Below, piece after piece: positions 13,926 to 27,683 of a stretch of 64,000 nt of DNA (positions are counted from its first letter, which is position 1; every line of letters starts with the position of its first letter). Under the pieces are notes generated by a model that worked only from the letters and a program-made list of their open reading frames with translations, was not told where the DNA came from and searched no databases. Source of the DNA: Dictyostelium discoideum (taxonomy: Eukaryota); contig CM000154.2 of assembly GCA_000004695.1 (NCBI GenBank), positions 2,400,001-2,464,000 on the forward strand. Direction: 5' to 3'. The position numbers and the translations under genes are program-made.

Positions 13926-14225
13926 TAAAAAAAAAAAAAAAAAAAAAAAAAATAATAAATAAAAAAAAAATAAAATAAAATAAAAAATGTACAACAATAT
14001 AATAAATAAATAATTCCATTTTTTTAATGGAAAAAAAAATATAACAATTAATTTAAATAAATATTTTATTAATAATAATAATAATAATTTAAAATAATAT
14101 TAAAAGAATTTGTTTTAAATTTTTGTTTTTTTTTTTATAAATTTTTTTTTTTTATTTTATTTTTTTTTAAAAGTAAATAAATAAATAAATAGTTAATTAA
14201 TGATACATAGTTAGTTTTTGATAAT

Positions 14226-14258
<33 letters not shown>

Positions 14259-14264
<6 letters not shown>

Positions 14265-15536
14265 ACAAATTGGTACACCTTGGTTTGGAATTATAACTTT
14301 AACTCCATGATTATTTATTTCTTGTAATTGTTGATAAACCATACGTTGAGAAGTTAAATAATATTGATTCATACCTACTTGTGGTTTAATATGTTCAATA
14401 ATTAGTTTAACATGTTTTAAATTTGTTTTTGGTGGTGAAGTTTGAATTGAATTCTCTAGTAATGAATCCATTAATTTCATAATATCTTTTGGACGTAAAT
14501 GACCAAATAATACATTATCAGCAACTTCATTTGTGAAAGAGGATTCAATATAAACAGCTTTTAATTTATCGATTTTAATATTTCTCCAAACTTGTAAAAT
14601 TTTAAATTCCCAGTCACATTTGGTTGTTGAGATACCAGTATCAGAAAAGAAAACAATTTGTTCACCACTTTGAGAATCAGTTAAAATGAAAGCAGTTGAG
14701 GTAAGAGAATCATGGCAAATTTCAAAAGATTTTACCAAATGATTGAATGGAAAATCATTTTGAACTTTTGTAACATATTTATTTGCATATGGTGTTAAAT
14801 CTTTAAAAGAATATTGATTACCATTTCCTAAATAATAATAGGAATAACGACCATAATTTGGTAAGGATGGCCAAACAAAGCCATTAAATAAATCAGTAGC
14901 CATAGAGTATAAAGTTTCATTAATACCAATGATTGGTTTCTTTTGATCTGGAATGGAAGTAATATTTGGAAAATCAGAGACATAGCCCATTTTATGAATC
15001 ATTTCAATACAACCTCTATAAATCTCTGGTTGACTAACTTCAAGTTCATTTTTCTTTGGAGATAATTGGTCTTCGGCAGATTCAACAATTAAACCTCCAA
15101 CATGATCCAAATGACTATGACCAATCAAATAACCTTGAATATGATTTTTAATAAACCAAGTAGCTCTTTGTTCTGGTAATGTTGCCCAAGGTGGATAAGT
15201 AATATTAAAAACGGAATTAAAATCTTGAAGCATTGTTAATCTCCTAACTCCTTGCCAAACTGTACCAGCATCTAATCCAATAAACAAGGATGACCCTTTT
15301 TTTGTTAATAAAAATGATGATAAACTACCCTCATCTAATCCACCAGTAACTCCCAATGGTATCGTTATATATGATGAGTCTTTACAATGTTGTTCTGAAT
15401 ATCCACCACTATAATAATTTAAATTCTCTGGAATGTAATAATCTTTTAATTCACTAAATAAATTACCAGAATTTATAAGTCTTGATCCATTATTAATTTC
15501 AATAAAAAATATTAAAATTAAAATTAAATATTTCAT
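14259..15536 (-). CDS. pde7: Secreted class II (metallo-beta-lactamase-fold, PdsA-type) cAMP phosphodiesterase, 425 aa, single exon
   Basis: An N-terminal signal peptide (MKYLILILIFFIEINNG) and the class II PDE signature HxHxDH (GHSHLDHVGG) are present. It has catalytic-domain-only architecture, unlike GbpA/GbpB. It is shorter than PdsA and lacks a coding intron, so pde7 is chosen by elimination and the symbol is tentative. Confidence 0.6.
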
Positions 15537-15570
15537 TTTTTATTATTATTTTATAATTTTAGAGTTTATT

Positions 15571-15610
<40 letters not shown>

Positions 15611-16194
15611 TTGGGAAATGTGATTAGAAAAAATAAGAAAATAGTTGATTTATTGTTATTAAATTAATTATTTTAATTTTTAAATTATTTATTTTATTTT
15701 ATTTTATTTTATTTTAACAGATTTGTGAAAAAATGAAAAAGAAAAAAAAAAATAGATTTATACTTTTTCTTTTTTTTTTTTTTTTTTTTTTTTAATTATT
15801 TTTTTATTTTTAATTTAATTTTTTTTTTTTAAAATTATTCGAAAATTTTAAAATTGTTTTGTTTTTTCTTGTACTGATTGAATATTTTATTGTACAATGA
15901 TAAAAAAAAATAAAGAAAGGTTGGAAACACACCCCAAAAATTAAAAAATTAATTGATTAATAAATTACAAATTTTAAAAATAAAAACAAAAAAAAAAAAA
16001 AAAAATATTTGAAAAAAAATAAAAACCAGAAAAAAAATTAAATTATTTTATTTTTGGTGAATAATCAAATTATTTTATTTTTAGATTACCAATTTTTTTT
16101 TAAATATTATGTATGTCATAGAATGAAAAGAAAAAAAAAAAAAAAACATTAAAAATAACAATAAAATTTTTTTTGTGTATATCATAGAACACAA

Positions 16195-16300
16195 CACAAA
16201 AAACTGAAATGTGCTAGTGAATTGTGATATTGTAGGTGATTGTGTTTTTTACTTACTATTAGGTGTGTGTGTGTGGTCTAGTGAGTGGTGGGTGTTCAAA
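16195..16300. promoter_or_regulatory. GT-rich / CA-rich (G-box / CAE-like) tract about 0.7 kb upstream of the class II PDE gene
   Basis: ggtgtgtgtgtgtggtctagtgagtggtgggtg on the plus strand reads CCACACACACACC on the gene strand, and ggggtgtggtgg lies at about 16481. Such tracts are rare in the otherwise A/T homopolymeric intergenic DNA. Confidence 0.25.
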
Positions 16301-17038
16301 TTAAAAAATAATTTTTTTAATTTCAGAATTAAAATGTTATTTATAAAAAAAAAAAAAAAAAAAAAGACAACAACCTAATCACTCATCTCATATAAATTAA
16401 TACAATAATTAAAATAAAAATAATGATAAAAACTTTATTTTTTATAAAAAAAAAAAAAAAATAAAAAAACAATTTGGGGTGTGGTGGTTTTATTTTTAAT
16501 TGAAGGGTTAGCATGCATGATGTGATTTAATTAATCATATCTATTTTAAGAATTACATATGAAATAAAAATATATTTTTTTGACCCCTCCTTTTTTTAAA
16601 CTTATAAGTTTATTTTTTTTTTTAAAAATATATGATAGTTTTTTTTTTTTTTTTTTTTATTTTTTATTTTTTATTTTTTTTTCTAATCAAAAAAAAAAAA
16701 AAATTTTAAAAATAGTTTGTTGATAAAATTAGAAATACCATGATCTTAAATTTTAAAAATCAAAAGTTTAAATATTTATTTAAAAATATTGAAATAAAAT
16801 AATTGTAATTAGAAAAAAAAAAAAAACTATCAAATTCAATAATAATTAATTTTCATTTAGTTTTACAATTGTTAATAAAAAAATTTATTTACAAAAATTT
16901 AAAAAGTAAATAGTAAAAAATAAAAAAATAAAAAAATAAAAAAATAGATTTAAATTGTTTTTGATCAGATTTTTTGTCAAAAATCTTTTTTTTTATTTTG
17001 AAAATTTAAAAAGTTCAAACAACACACATCTACATCTT

Positions 17039-17072
<34 letters not shown>

Positions 17073-17309
17073 TTTGTTAATAAAACAATTCAAATAATTT
17101 GGTTAATAAAAAAAAAAAAAATGATGAAATGAAAATAAAAAAAAACAAAAAAAATAAAAAAATGGTGAAATGAAATAATTATTTAAGATAATAGATAATT
17201 TCGACAAATTATTATTACACTAAAAATAGAGTAATGATAATATTGTTATTGTTTTTATAAATAATTATTTATTTTTATTATTATTTTATTTGTAAAAAAT
17301 AATAATAAT

Positions 17310-17342
<33 letters not shown>

Positions 17343-18146
17343 CTAATCAAACATTTTTAATTTTAAAGCTTGACCTAAATCTTTATTTAATAATGATTGA
17401 CTAACTAATTTATATGATTCTATTTTTAAACAAGAAAAAGTTAATTTATCTTTGAACCCAATTTCTTTGGCCAATTTAATTGATTCCTCTAAAATTGTGG
17501 AAGGATTTGAAGTTCTATCTACCAATTGTAATTTTTCAGCATCTAAGCCACCATATCTTTTGCCCATTAAAACAAAATCTCTATAGAGTGATGGATTGTT
17601 GATTTTGCATTTCATGGTATCGATTAAACCAGGTGGTAATGGTATATTATTATCTATTGCATTGACACAAATGAAACCTTTACTATCATTCATAACTCGA
17701 TAATCGTGTGCTAATGAGAATATAGCTCCACCAGCATATGAATGACCATTGATACATGATATAGTTGGTATTGAAAATGTTAATATCCTCTCTAATAAAA
17801 CACATAAATCGTAGAGTAAATTAAAGAAACTTGATTTTCCCCTTGGCTTGACCCATTCCAAATCTAATCCTAATGAATAATACTTTGATTCGTCAGTACC
17901 TGTAGTTATTAAACAACAACAATCCTCTATTGATTCAATATAATCTAATGCTTGATTAATATATTTTAAATTTATTGGATTAAATCTATTTTCATTATCA
18001 TTCATTTTTAATAATATAATTTTATTATTATTATTATTATTTTTATTATCTTTATTTTCTATTTCATTCTCATTATTTTCTATTTCATCTTCTTTATATT
18101 CCTCAACACTAAATTTCCCAAATTCTTTTTTATTAATCCATTTCAT
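17343..18146 (-). CDS. Enoyl-CoA hydratase/isomerase (crotonase) family protein, 267 aa
   Basis: ATG confirmed on the minus strand. The crotonase-fold motif region ISCINGHSYAGGAIFSLAHDYRVM is present, with an N-terminal acidic Asn-rich extension. Confidence 0.65.
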   Translation of the reverse strand: MKWINKKEFGKFSVEEYKEDEIENNENEIENKDNKNNNNNNKIILLKMNDNENRFNPINLKYINQALDYIESIEDCCCLITTGTDESKYYSLGLDLEWVKPRGKSSFFNLLYDLCVLLERILTFSIPTISCINGHSYAGGAIFSLAHDYRVMNDSKGFICVNAIDNNIPLPPGLIDTMKCKINNPSLYRDFVLMGKRYGGLDAEKLQLVDRTSNPSTILEESIKLAKEIGFKDKLTFSCLKIESYKLVSQSLLNKDLGQALKLKMFD

Positions 18147-18950
18147 TTTTTGTTATTATTGTTGAGAAAAATAAAATAAAATTAAAAAAATAAAAATCTT
18201 TAAAAAAAATAAATAAATAAAAAATTTTAAAAAATTAAAAAAAAAATTAAAAAATTAAAAAAAAAAAAATATATAATATAATTTATTTATTTTTTTATAT
18301 AATTATTTGAATACAGATATTATTTATTTGGGTGTGGGATTTTGTTTGAAAAAAAAAAAAATTCAAAAAAATGGTGTAATAATAATACCAAAAACACAAC
18401 ATGAGAAAAAAATACTTTAACAAATGAAACATCAAATATCCAAATTAAATATATTAAAATAGAATATAAAATAATAGATAAACGCCTGAACTATTTTCAT
18501 ATTTTATTTTTGGGAAACATTGTGGTGTGCTTTTTTTTTTTTTTTTTTTTTATTCACTATTAATTACTAATTTTATTTTATTTTTTTTTATTTTTTTATT
18601 TTTTTTATTTTTCTTTTCTTTTCTTTTTTTTTTTCCTTTTTTTTTTTTTCTTTCTTTTTTTTTTTGGCAATGCCATTTTATATTCTAATTATTACAAAAA
18701 ACAGAAATGGAAACAAAGCAATAAAATATTTTTTTTTCTTTTAAATTTATTGTGCAGCAAAGCAATTTATTGTGAATGGCAAAAAATAAATTTTCACTAA
18801 AACTTGAAAAACTGAGAAAAAAAAATTAAAAATAAAAAAAGACAAAAAATAAGAAAAAAAAATTTAAAAACTTGGTGATATTGTTACACATAAAAAAAAA
18901 AAAAAAGAATTAAGGTAATTTATTTTTATTTCATTCATTTTAATTTTTTT

Positions 18951-18989
<39 letters not shown>

Positions 18990-19395
18990 TTTTATTATTT
19001 AGTTCTTTTATTTATTTATTTTTTTTTACTTACCATGGCACACTCTCATCAACTATAAATAATTTACAACGTGTCAACTGATTTTACCGTTAATCAAAAC
19101 GTAAAAAATTTCACACAAAAATATCTTTTTTTTTTTAAACATTTATTTTTAATTTTTTTTTTTTTTACTTTTGATTGTTTTTTTTTCACCCATTTAGATT
19201 TTTTGTTTTAAAATTTTTTTTTTTTTTTTTTTTTTTATTAAAATTTTTTTTTTTTTTAAAAAACAAATTTATACTAATAAAGATATTTATTATTTGTTTA
19301 TTTTTTTTTTAATTTTATTTTTTTTTAGTTTTTTTTTTTTTTTTTTAATATTATTTACATATTAAATATAAAATACACACATAAATTAAAAAGAA

Positions 19396-20128
19396 ATGGG
19401 TCAAGATAATATTAATTTAAATAAAGTTGATGGTCAACCATCAAGTCCACCACAAGAACAGCAACAACAACAACAATATCCACCACAAGGTTATCCACAA
19501 CAACAACAATATCCACCACAACAAGGATACCCACCACAACAATATCCACCACAACAAGGATACCCACCACAACAATACCCACCACAACAAGGATACCCAC
19601 AACAACAACCACCACAACAATATCCAGCCCCAGTTGGTGCTCCACAACAACCATATATGGCAACTCAACAAGTCGTTGTTCAACAAGTTTATGTTCAACC
19701 AACTTTTGGTGTTGTGTAAGTTTAATATTATTATTTTATTAAATATTTATATTAAAAAATAGTTATTAATAATTTAATTTTTTTATTTATTTTATTTTTA
19801 TATTTTAGACCGGTTGATTGTATTTGCCAACATTGCCAAACTCGTATGTCAACTAAAACAAGCTACAAATCAGGTTCAATGGTTTGGTTAGTTTGCGTTT
19901 TATTAATTATCTTTGGTTGTTGGTTAGGTTGTTGTTTAATTCCATTTGGTATTGACTCATTAAAAGATGTCCAACACAAATGTTCACATTGCAAGAAAGT
20001 TGTAAGTATTCTTTTTTTTTTTTTTTTCAATATTTTACTTTTTTTGATATAAAAGTTACTAATTTATTATATTTTTTATTTTATTTATTTAATAGTTATA
20101 CCGTTTCGATAGAATGAGTGGTAAATAA
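19396..20128 (+). CDS. LITAF/PIG7 (zinc-ribbon plus membrane-helix) domain protein with an N-terminal (YPPQQG)n repeat. Exons 19396..19715, 19809..20001 and 20096..20128
   Basis: A GTAAGT donor follows ..TFGVV (phase 2). The acceptor tattttag at 19807-19808 gives the middle exon [10 protein letters not shown]..hydrophobic stretch..HKCSHCKKV, which has the LITAF CxxC...TM...HxCxxC layout. A second GTAAGT donor and the acceptor aatag at 20094-20095 give the terminal [10 protein letters not shown]. Confidence 0.65.
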
Positions 20129-20541
20129 ATAGTTTAAGAAAGATGAAATAAAAGAGATTTGTAATTTTTAAAAAAAAAAAAAAAAAAAAGAAAACAACAA
20201 AAGTTTAAAGAACTCCAACTAGTTTTTAAATTTAAATAAAAAAAAAGTTAAATATTTATTTATTAATTTTTTAAACATTAGTTTTTATTAAAATCTTTTT
20301 TTTTTTATTTATTTATTTATTTATTTATTTATAAATTGTGTGTATATATTTTTTTAACCAAATAAATTGTTTTTTGGTTTTGGTAAAATATAAAAAATTA
20401 TAAAACAATAAAAATGATATTACAAATATATTTGTTTATTAAAAAGAAAATTAATCCATTTTATTTTATTTTTTTATTATTATTTTTATAAATATATATA
20501 TTTATATGTATAAATAATTTTTTTTTTTTTTTTTTTTTTTT

Positions 20542-21607
20542 TTATTTTAATAAAGATTTATCTTTTTTTAATTGAGATTTTAATTTTTTATATTTATCTT
20601 TTTGTTTTTCATATTTAACTTTTAGAGATTTTTCTTGATTTTTTTGTTTATAATTTGATAATACGCTTGCTAATTTATCCATAGTTTCTTTTGGTAATGA
20701 TAATTTTTCAAATTCAGATTGTAAATCCAAACAAATTCTATCAACGCCATATTTTGATTTATCTTTTTTAAATGAACCACCAGTTGATTCATCGCTACTA
20801 CTACTACAGCCGCTGCCGCCATTACTACTATTGTAACTATTGCCATAACCAAAACTACTATTTCTACTATGACAAAAGTTATTATTATTATTATTAATAT
20901 TATTATTATTATGATTTTTAACAAATGGACTTGTACCAAGTAATAAATTTTCATAAGAACCACTATCACTATCTTTTGACATATGAATTGGTCTAAATTG
21001 TCTTTCAATTGTACCATTACCATTATTGATACTAGTTGAACCGCCGTTATTAATATTATTATTGTTATTATTAATATTGTTATTATGTTGTTGTTGTAAA
21101 TGATTATTTAAGAATGAAGAAGATGGTGAAGGTACAGGTGATTGTCTTTTAATTTCTAATAATTCTTTTTGAAGTAAAGATTTTTCATTTTTTAATTGTT
21201 CAATAATTTTTTCTTTATCAGAATTCAATTGATCTGATGCGCATCCTAAATCTATTGAAAGTGATGAAAGTTCTGGTGATGTAAATTTATCACCACCACC
21301 TCCTCCATTTTCAATTGGTGATGATGATGAATAAGTTTCTGATGATGAACTATCATTTTCAAAATCTAATGAATTCATTAATTGAATTTTAGTTTTATTA
21401 ATTGAATCATTAATTGTTGATGTTGTTGTTGTTGTTTTTGTTGTTGATATTTTTTCTAAATTATTATTATTATTTTCTAAAATTACAGTATTATTATTAT
21501 TATTATTATTATTATTTACATTATTATTTAAATTTAATTCTAAATTAATTTTAATTTTATCATTTTCATTTTCATTTTCATTTTCATTTGATTTTTTATC
21601 TAAAATT

Positions 21608-21654
<47 letters not shown>

Positions 21655-22700
21655 TTCATCATTTGATTTAATTGGAGTTAATGATGGAAATAATTCAAAA
21701 ACAGTTGATCTTGATTGTTTATTATGACCCATTGTTGTATTACCACCATTTGTTCTTCTGAGGGTATTGAATTCACGTAAAGTTTTCAAAGTACCAACAA
21801 TTGAATTCTTACCACAAGTTGTACCAGCTATCCAAGGATGTTTTAAAGTTTGATCAATTGTAAATCTTTTTGATGGATCATTATTTAGTAAACCTTTAAT
21901 TAATGATTTTGCGGAATCTGAAATGTTATCCCATTCTGGTGATGGAAATTCCAATACGTAACCAGTGGTTTCATCAAATGGTGGAAAACCACATAAAAGT
22001 ATATAAGAGATAACACCAATACTCCAAAGGTCCACTGGTTTGCCATAGCCCGTACATGACGATATCTCTGGTGCCATATAGGTCAATGTGCCAACCAATG
22101 ATCTTAATGGACTACCCGATCCACAACGTTGTGATAATCCAAAGTCACATAACTTTATAATTGCTTGATCACTATTATCAGAATATAATAAATTCTCTGG
22201 TTTTAAATCACAATGTACAATATCTTTTGAATGTAAATATTGAATCACTTTTGTAACTGTTCCAATCAACGTTGATGCATCTTGTTCTGTATAAAATTCT
22301 CTTTCAACAATTTTATCAAATAATTCACCACCTGTTACTCTATATAAATATTTATATATATATAAATATATTAATATAATAATTACTTTTAATTATTATT
22401 ATTATAATTATAAATTATTTACAATTCCAAAACTAATAAAACTTCATTGTCAGTTTCATAAACTTCTTGTAATTTAATAATATTTTGATGATTAATTTCA
22501 GTCATCATTTCAATTTCTTTAATTATTGCAGATTCTTCAACAATTGATTTTTTCATAATTTTAATTGCTGATTTCTTTCCTGTACTTTTATTTGTACCAG
22601 AGTGAACTTGTGCAAATTTTCCATTTCCAATTTGTGATCCAATTTCATAACTTTTATGAATTGAGCTACTTATACTACCAGCTATTATATTCTTTCCCAT
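20542..22700 (-). CDS. Ser/Thr protein kinase (CaMK-like catalytic domain) with a long Asn/Ser-rich, coiled-coil C-terminal tail. Exons 22423..22700 and 20542..22339
   Basis: Exon 1 holds the Gly loop IGNGKFAQV and the AIKIM lysine. A GTAAAT donor after ..VLLVLEL is in phase 2. The acceptor TATAG restores LVTGGELFDKIV, and HCDLKPENLL, DFG and APE follow in exon 2. The track ORF Met at 22269 is internal. Confidence 0.8.
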
Positions 22701-22929
22701 TCTTTTTTTTAATTTATTATTATTATATATTTATTAAATTAATTAATTTCTTTTTTGAAAAAAAAAAAAAAAATTTTTTAAACAATTTTTTTTTTTTTTT
22801 CTTATTCCTTATTTCTTATTTATTGCTTTTTTTATTTTTTTTTCCTTTTTTTCGAAAATATATTAAAATTAAAAGATATTAATGTATTATTCGATTTTTC
22901 TTTTTTTGATTTTTTTTGATTTTTTATTT

Positions 22930-22966
<37 letters not shown>

Positions 22967-23043
22967 TACAAAAAATATAATAAATAAATAATTATAAAAT
23001 ACAACAACAAATAAATAATATTTATTTAAAAGAAAACCACACT

Positions 23044-23113
<70 letters not shown>

Positions 23114-23174
23114 AAATTTAAAATTAAAATTTAAATAATAAAAGTATTTATTAATTAAATAAAGATAAAAAATT

Positions 23175-23206
<32 letters not shown>

Positions 23207-23773
23207 GATTTAATTTTTTAAAAATAAAAATGGTGTAATAAAAATACAAAAAAAATATATATTTATATATACTTTTATAAAAATATGAATAGGATTTTAT
23301 TTAAAAAAAAAAAAGATTTATTATATAAATATATGGGAGTGAGGAAAATAAAAATAACAATGTTTTATAAAACAATAATTTTACATATAAATTTGACTAT
23401 TACTAATATTATTAAATAAATAATTGATTAAATAAAATTACATAAAAAATTAAATACTAATGATACAATCCACCCCAAAATTTTTTTAAAAAAAAAAAAA
23501 AAAAATAAAAAAAAAAATTTTTGATTACTATTTTTTTTTATTTTTTTTATACATATATAATTAAAGTAGAATATAAAAATAAAATATAAAAATTAATTTC
23601 GAGAAAAAAAAATATAGGGGTAGGACTATCCAAAATTATATTTTTTATTATTTTTATTATTTTTATTAAAAAAAAAAAAAAACAAAAATAAAAAAATGGG
23701 TATTTGCATTTATAAGAAAGTTTTGTTTTTTTTTTTTTTTTTTTATTATTTTTTGTTTTTTCCACATTTTTAT

Positions 23774-23849
23774 GATATTGGTAACATTGTTGAGAGCGAG
23801 TGGGGGGTTGGAAAAAAAAAAAATATCCGACCAACCCCCGCCAATATCA
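23774..23849. repeat. Nested imperfect palindrome or stem-loop: outer arms tgatattgg/ccaatatca, inner 9-bp GC stem gggggttgg/ccaaccccc with a 19-nt A-rich loop
   Basis: Seen directly: 23803-23811 gggggttgg pairs with 23831-23839 ccaaccccc, and 23774-23782 tgatattgg pairs with 23841-23849 ccaatatca. It lies in the 2.9-kb interval between the kinase and Myb genes. Confidence 0.6.
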
Positions 23850-23869
23850 CATTATGATGACACTATGGG

Positions 23870-24050
23870 GTATAGTGTGTGTGTTTGTGTGTTTGAGACG
23901 AGAAACAAATAGAGAAAGGTGTTTTCATATGTATATCTTGTGTGTACTAAGAGTGGAGAAAAGTGTGTGTGTGTGTGTCTGTGTGTTTGTTTGTTTGTTT
24001 GCTTGTTTTTTTTTTTTTTTTTTTTAATTGTTTGTGTGTCTTTTGTCTAC
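23870..24050. promoter_or_regulatory. GT-rich tract (gtgtgtgtgtttgtgtgtttg ... gtgtgtgtgtgtgtgtctgtgtgtttgtttg) about 1.2 kb upstream of the kinase gene
   Basis: (GT)n / (GTTT)n-like sequence is seen directly. It is CA-rich on the kinase-gene strand and adjacent to the GC hairpin. Confidence 0.25.
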
Positions 24051-24332
24051 TCACAGTTTTATTATTATAATTTTTTTTTTTTTTTTTTTTTTCAATAAAA
24101 AAATTTTTATAATTTTTTATATCGCTATATCTTTTAATATGTATTACTTTATTATTATTGATATTTATTTAGACTGATGATAAAAATTGTAATAAAGAGT
24201 GAGAAAGAAATGTAGTGAGTGGTTGAAGTGTTTTATTTTGTTTTGTTTTTTTTTTTTTATTAATTTATTCTCGATAAAGTGATTATTCGTGTTTGGGATG
24301 ATAAAAATAAAAAATAAAAATGAGAAAAAAAA

Positions 24333-24377
<45 letters not shown>

Positions 24378-24610
24378 AAAGCGTTTGCGTAAAGATTTTT
24401 TTTTTAGTGAAAAAAAAAATACCAAAAAAAAATAATAAAATAAAAAAATAAAAAAAAATAAAAAAAATAAAAAAAATGAAAAAAATATAAAATAATCTAA
24501 TAATAGATTTTTTTTATTATCATTATTATTTTTTTTATTTTTTTTCTTTATTTATTAAATATTTTGTGGTGTTCAAAATTCAACCCACCAAACACATAAA
24601 ATTGCATCTC

Positions 24611-24652
<42 letters not shown>

Positions 24653-25159
24653 TGAATTAATATTAATAGATTTAAAAAATCTCGATTAGTGTGTGGTGTA
24701 ATAAAAAAAAAAAATAAAAATTAAAAATAAAATAACAAAAATAAAATAAAATAATTAATATACAAAATGGAATTCCAATGGAAGACCAATAATAATAATA
24801 ATTTAATTAAATCCATTAAAAACAACAATATTTCAGTTAATATTTGAACTCACCAATGTCCTAAAAATAGAAAATCGTATTTAATTTTATTTTCCAACAT
24901 TGCAATTATTTACTTTTATATATTACGTATACAAATATAAAAGAAATAGTTAAAATTTTGTAAAAAACCAAAATTTTAAAAAAAAATTAAAAACAATATT
25001 ATTTGGATTAACTTAGATGAAATGGTGTATCAAATATTTTGAAGAAAAAAAAAAAATGGTATATCAAATTTTATGGATACTGATAATTCAAATAATAATA
25101 TTTTATTAATATAAAATTAAAAATTACTAAAAATTTTTTAATAAAAAATAATAAATAAT

Positions 25160-25196
<37 letters not shown>

Positions 25197-25623
25197 AATT
25201 ATTTTGTATCAATTAAATAAAAAATATAATAATAAGACCAATAATATTTTTTTTTTCATTTAATTTTAATGGGTAATAAAGTTTATACAATTATAAATTT
25301 TTTTTATTTATTTAATATTATTTTTAAAAGTTTGGTTCATAACAAAATTGACAGAGAGTAAGTTCATTAAAAATATCAAATAAACAACCAATTGGTTATT
25401 TTAATTATTTAGGGGAGATTACAAATGATTTTAAAATGAAAATAATGCCAAATGTGTAAATAAATTTTTTTTTTTTTTTCTTTCTTTCTCAATTTTAAAA
25501 TAATAAATAAAATTTAAAATACCTTATTGGTTTTTATAGATGTGCATATGTGTATATATAAATTTTTATTTTTATTTTTATATGGGTTTTGAATATATTT
25601 TATTTTTTATTTTTTTATTTTTT

Positions 25624-26401
25624 TTAACTTTGTGAGTTATTTATAGAAAGTGAGGTATTTGAAAAAGCTGTTATTGTTTGGTTCATCCCCCAACCAGTTG
25701 GAGAGTCCGTTGCTTGATATTGATGCCATGAACCTGATCCGTTACTACTATTATTACTACTATTATTATTTTCATCACTGCTATTATTTAAATCGCTTAT
25801 ATTGATTCCACTACTACCGCTACTATTATTATTACTATTATTACTATTATTATTACTGTTATTATTATTGTTGTTACTATTGTTATTAAAATGTGGAGAT
25901 TGTTGTGGTGGAGCATGAGGAGATTGTTGTAATGGAACATAATTAATTCCATGACTTGGTTCCATTCTTCTATAATCATACATTAAAGTATTATTTAATG
26001 GGCCAGGCCAACGAATTGAATGAGAAGTTGGTGAAGTTATTAAAGGTGATGGTGGATGAAGTGATAATGATGGTGATGGAACTAAACCCAATGGTGATTG
26101 ATTACCACTATAGCTACTACTATTACTACTACCATTACCATTATTATTATTTCCATTATTTAAATTATAATGTGGTGATTGGGCAGGTGAATGAGATGGT
26201 GAACCTGATAATGGTGTAACTGGAAATTCAGGTCTTGATACATTTACAGGTGGTGGTCGTTTTTTATTATTATAATTTGGTGATCTCACAAAATCGCCAT
26301 TTATACTAGAAATATTTGGAGATGAATTTCCACTATTACTATTTAAATTTTGTTGATATATTTGTTGTTGCTGTTGTTGTTGCTGTTGTTGTTGTTGTTG
26401 C

Positions 26402-26492
<91 letters not shown>

Positions 26493-26738
26493 GATATTGC
26501 ATTTGCATTTGTTGTTGCATTTGTTGTTGTGGCTGGAATTGTGATTGTAAAACTTGTGATTGAGGTGATGGCATTGGTAGAGTTGGTATTATTTGGTTTT
26601 GCATCATCATTTGTTGCTGTTGCATTTGTTGTTGTTGGACTTGTTGTTGTTGTTGTATTATTTGATTACTACTATTATTATTGTTGTTATTGTTATTATT
26701 AATATTATTACCATTATTGTTGTTATTGTTATTATTAA

Positions 26739-26772
<34 letters not shown>

Positions 26773-27165
26773 GTTATTATTGTTGTTACTATTATTATTA
26801 CCATTATTATTATTGTTACTATTATTGTTATTATTAATATTATTATTATTATTACTATTATTATTACTACTATTATTATTGTTATTGTTATTATTATTAA
26901 TAATATTATTGTTGTTGTTATTATTATTATTATTATTATTTTGATTACTATTTTGATTATTATTATTATTCAAAAGTTGTTGTTGTATAATTTGTTGATT
27001 AATTTGTTGGGGTTGACTTGATAAAAGATTTGGGCTATTTGGCCCATTATTATTTATATTATTATTATTTATACTATTATTCATATTATTATTATTAATA
27101 TTTGAACTATTATTGTTATTATTGTTATTATTATTATTATTATTATTAGTATTGTTATTGTTATT

Positions 27166-27208
<43 letters not shown>

Positions 27209-27626
27209 TTATTACTATTATTGTTATTAATATTATTATTATTATTATTATTAATATTATTATTATTGTTATTGTTATTATTATTATTATTTATATCTTT
27301 TTGTTTCAAAACTGCTTTTTGAAAAGCATGATAAGCAGATTCAATATTTTCCATTGATTGCATTGGTAAAAAGTTTTCTTTAATTAATTTACAAAGTGAA
27401 TGAATATCATCTTGATCGATATTTGAAATTAAACCTTTTGAGAATTGTTCATAATCTGAGGGCGTCCAAGAGGTTGGTAAGATTGCAAGTACTGCATCTT
27501 TATATAAGAGTGCAGATTTTGCTTGGGTTGCGGTGATTGTAACGGCTTCTCTTTTTCTTTTTATTAAAGGACTACTGTTACCACTATTTACATTACTATT
27601 ACTACCACTACTACCATTTATATTAA

Positions 27627-27683
<57 letters not shown>

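Noticed and set aside
23547-24027. Track ORFs 23547..23834(-) and 23800..24027(+) overlapping the GC hairpin and GT tract
   Set aside because: They are low-complexity (poly-F/K; CVCVCV from the GT repeat) with no ATG-supported gene structure.
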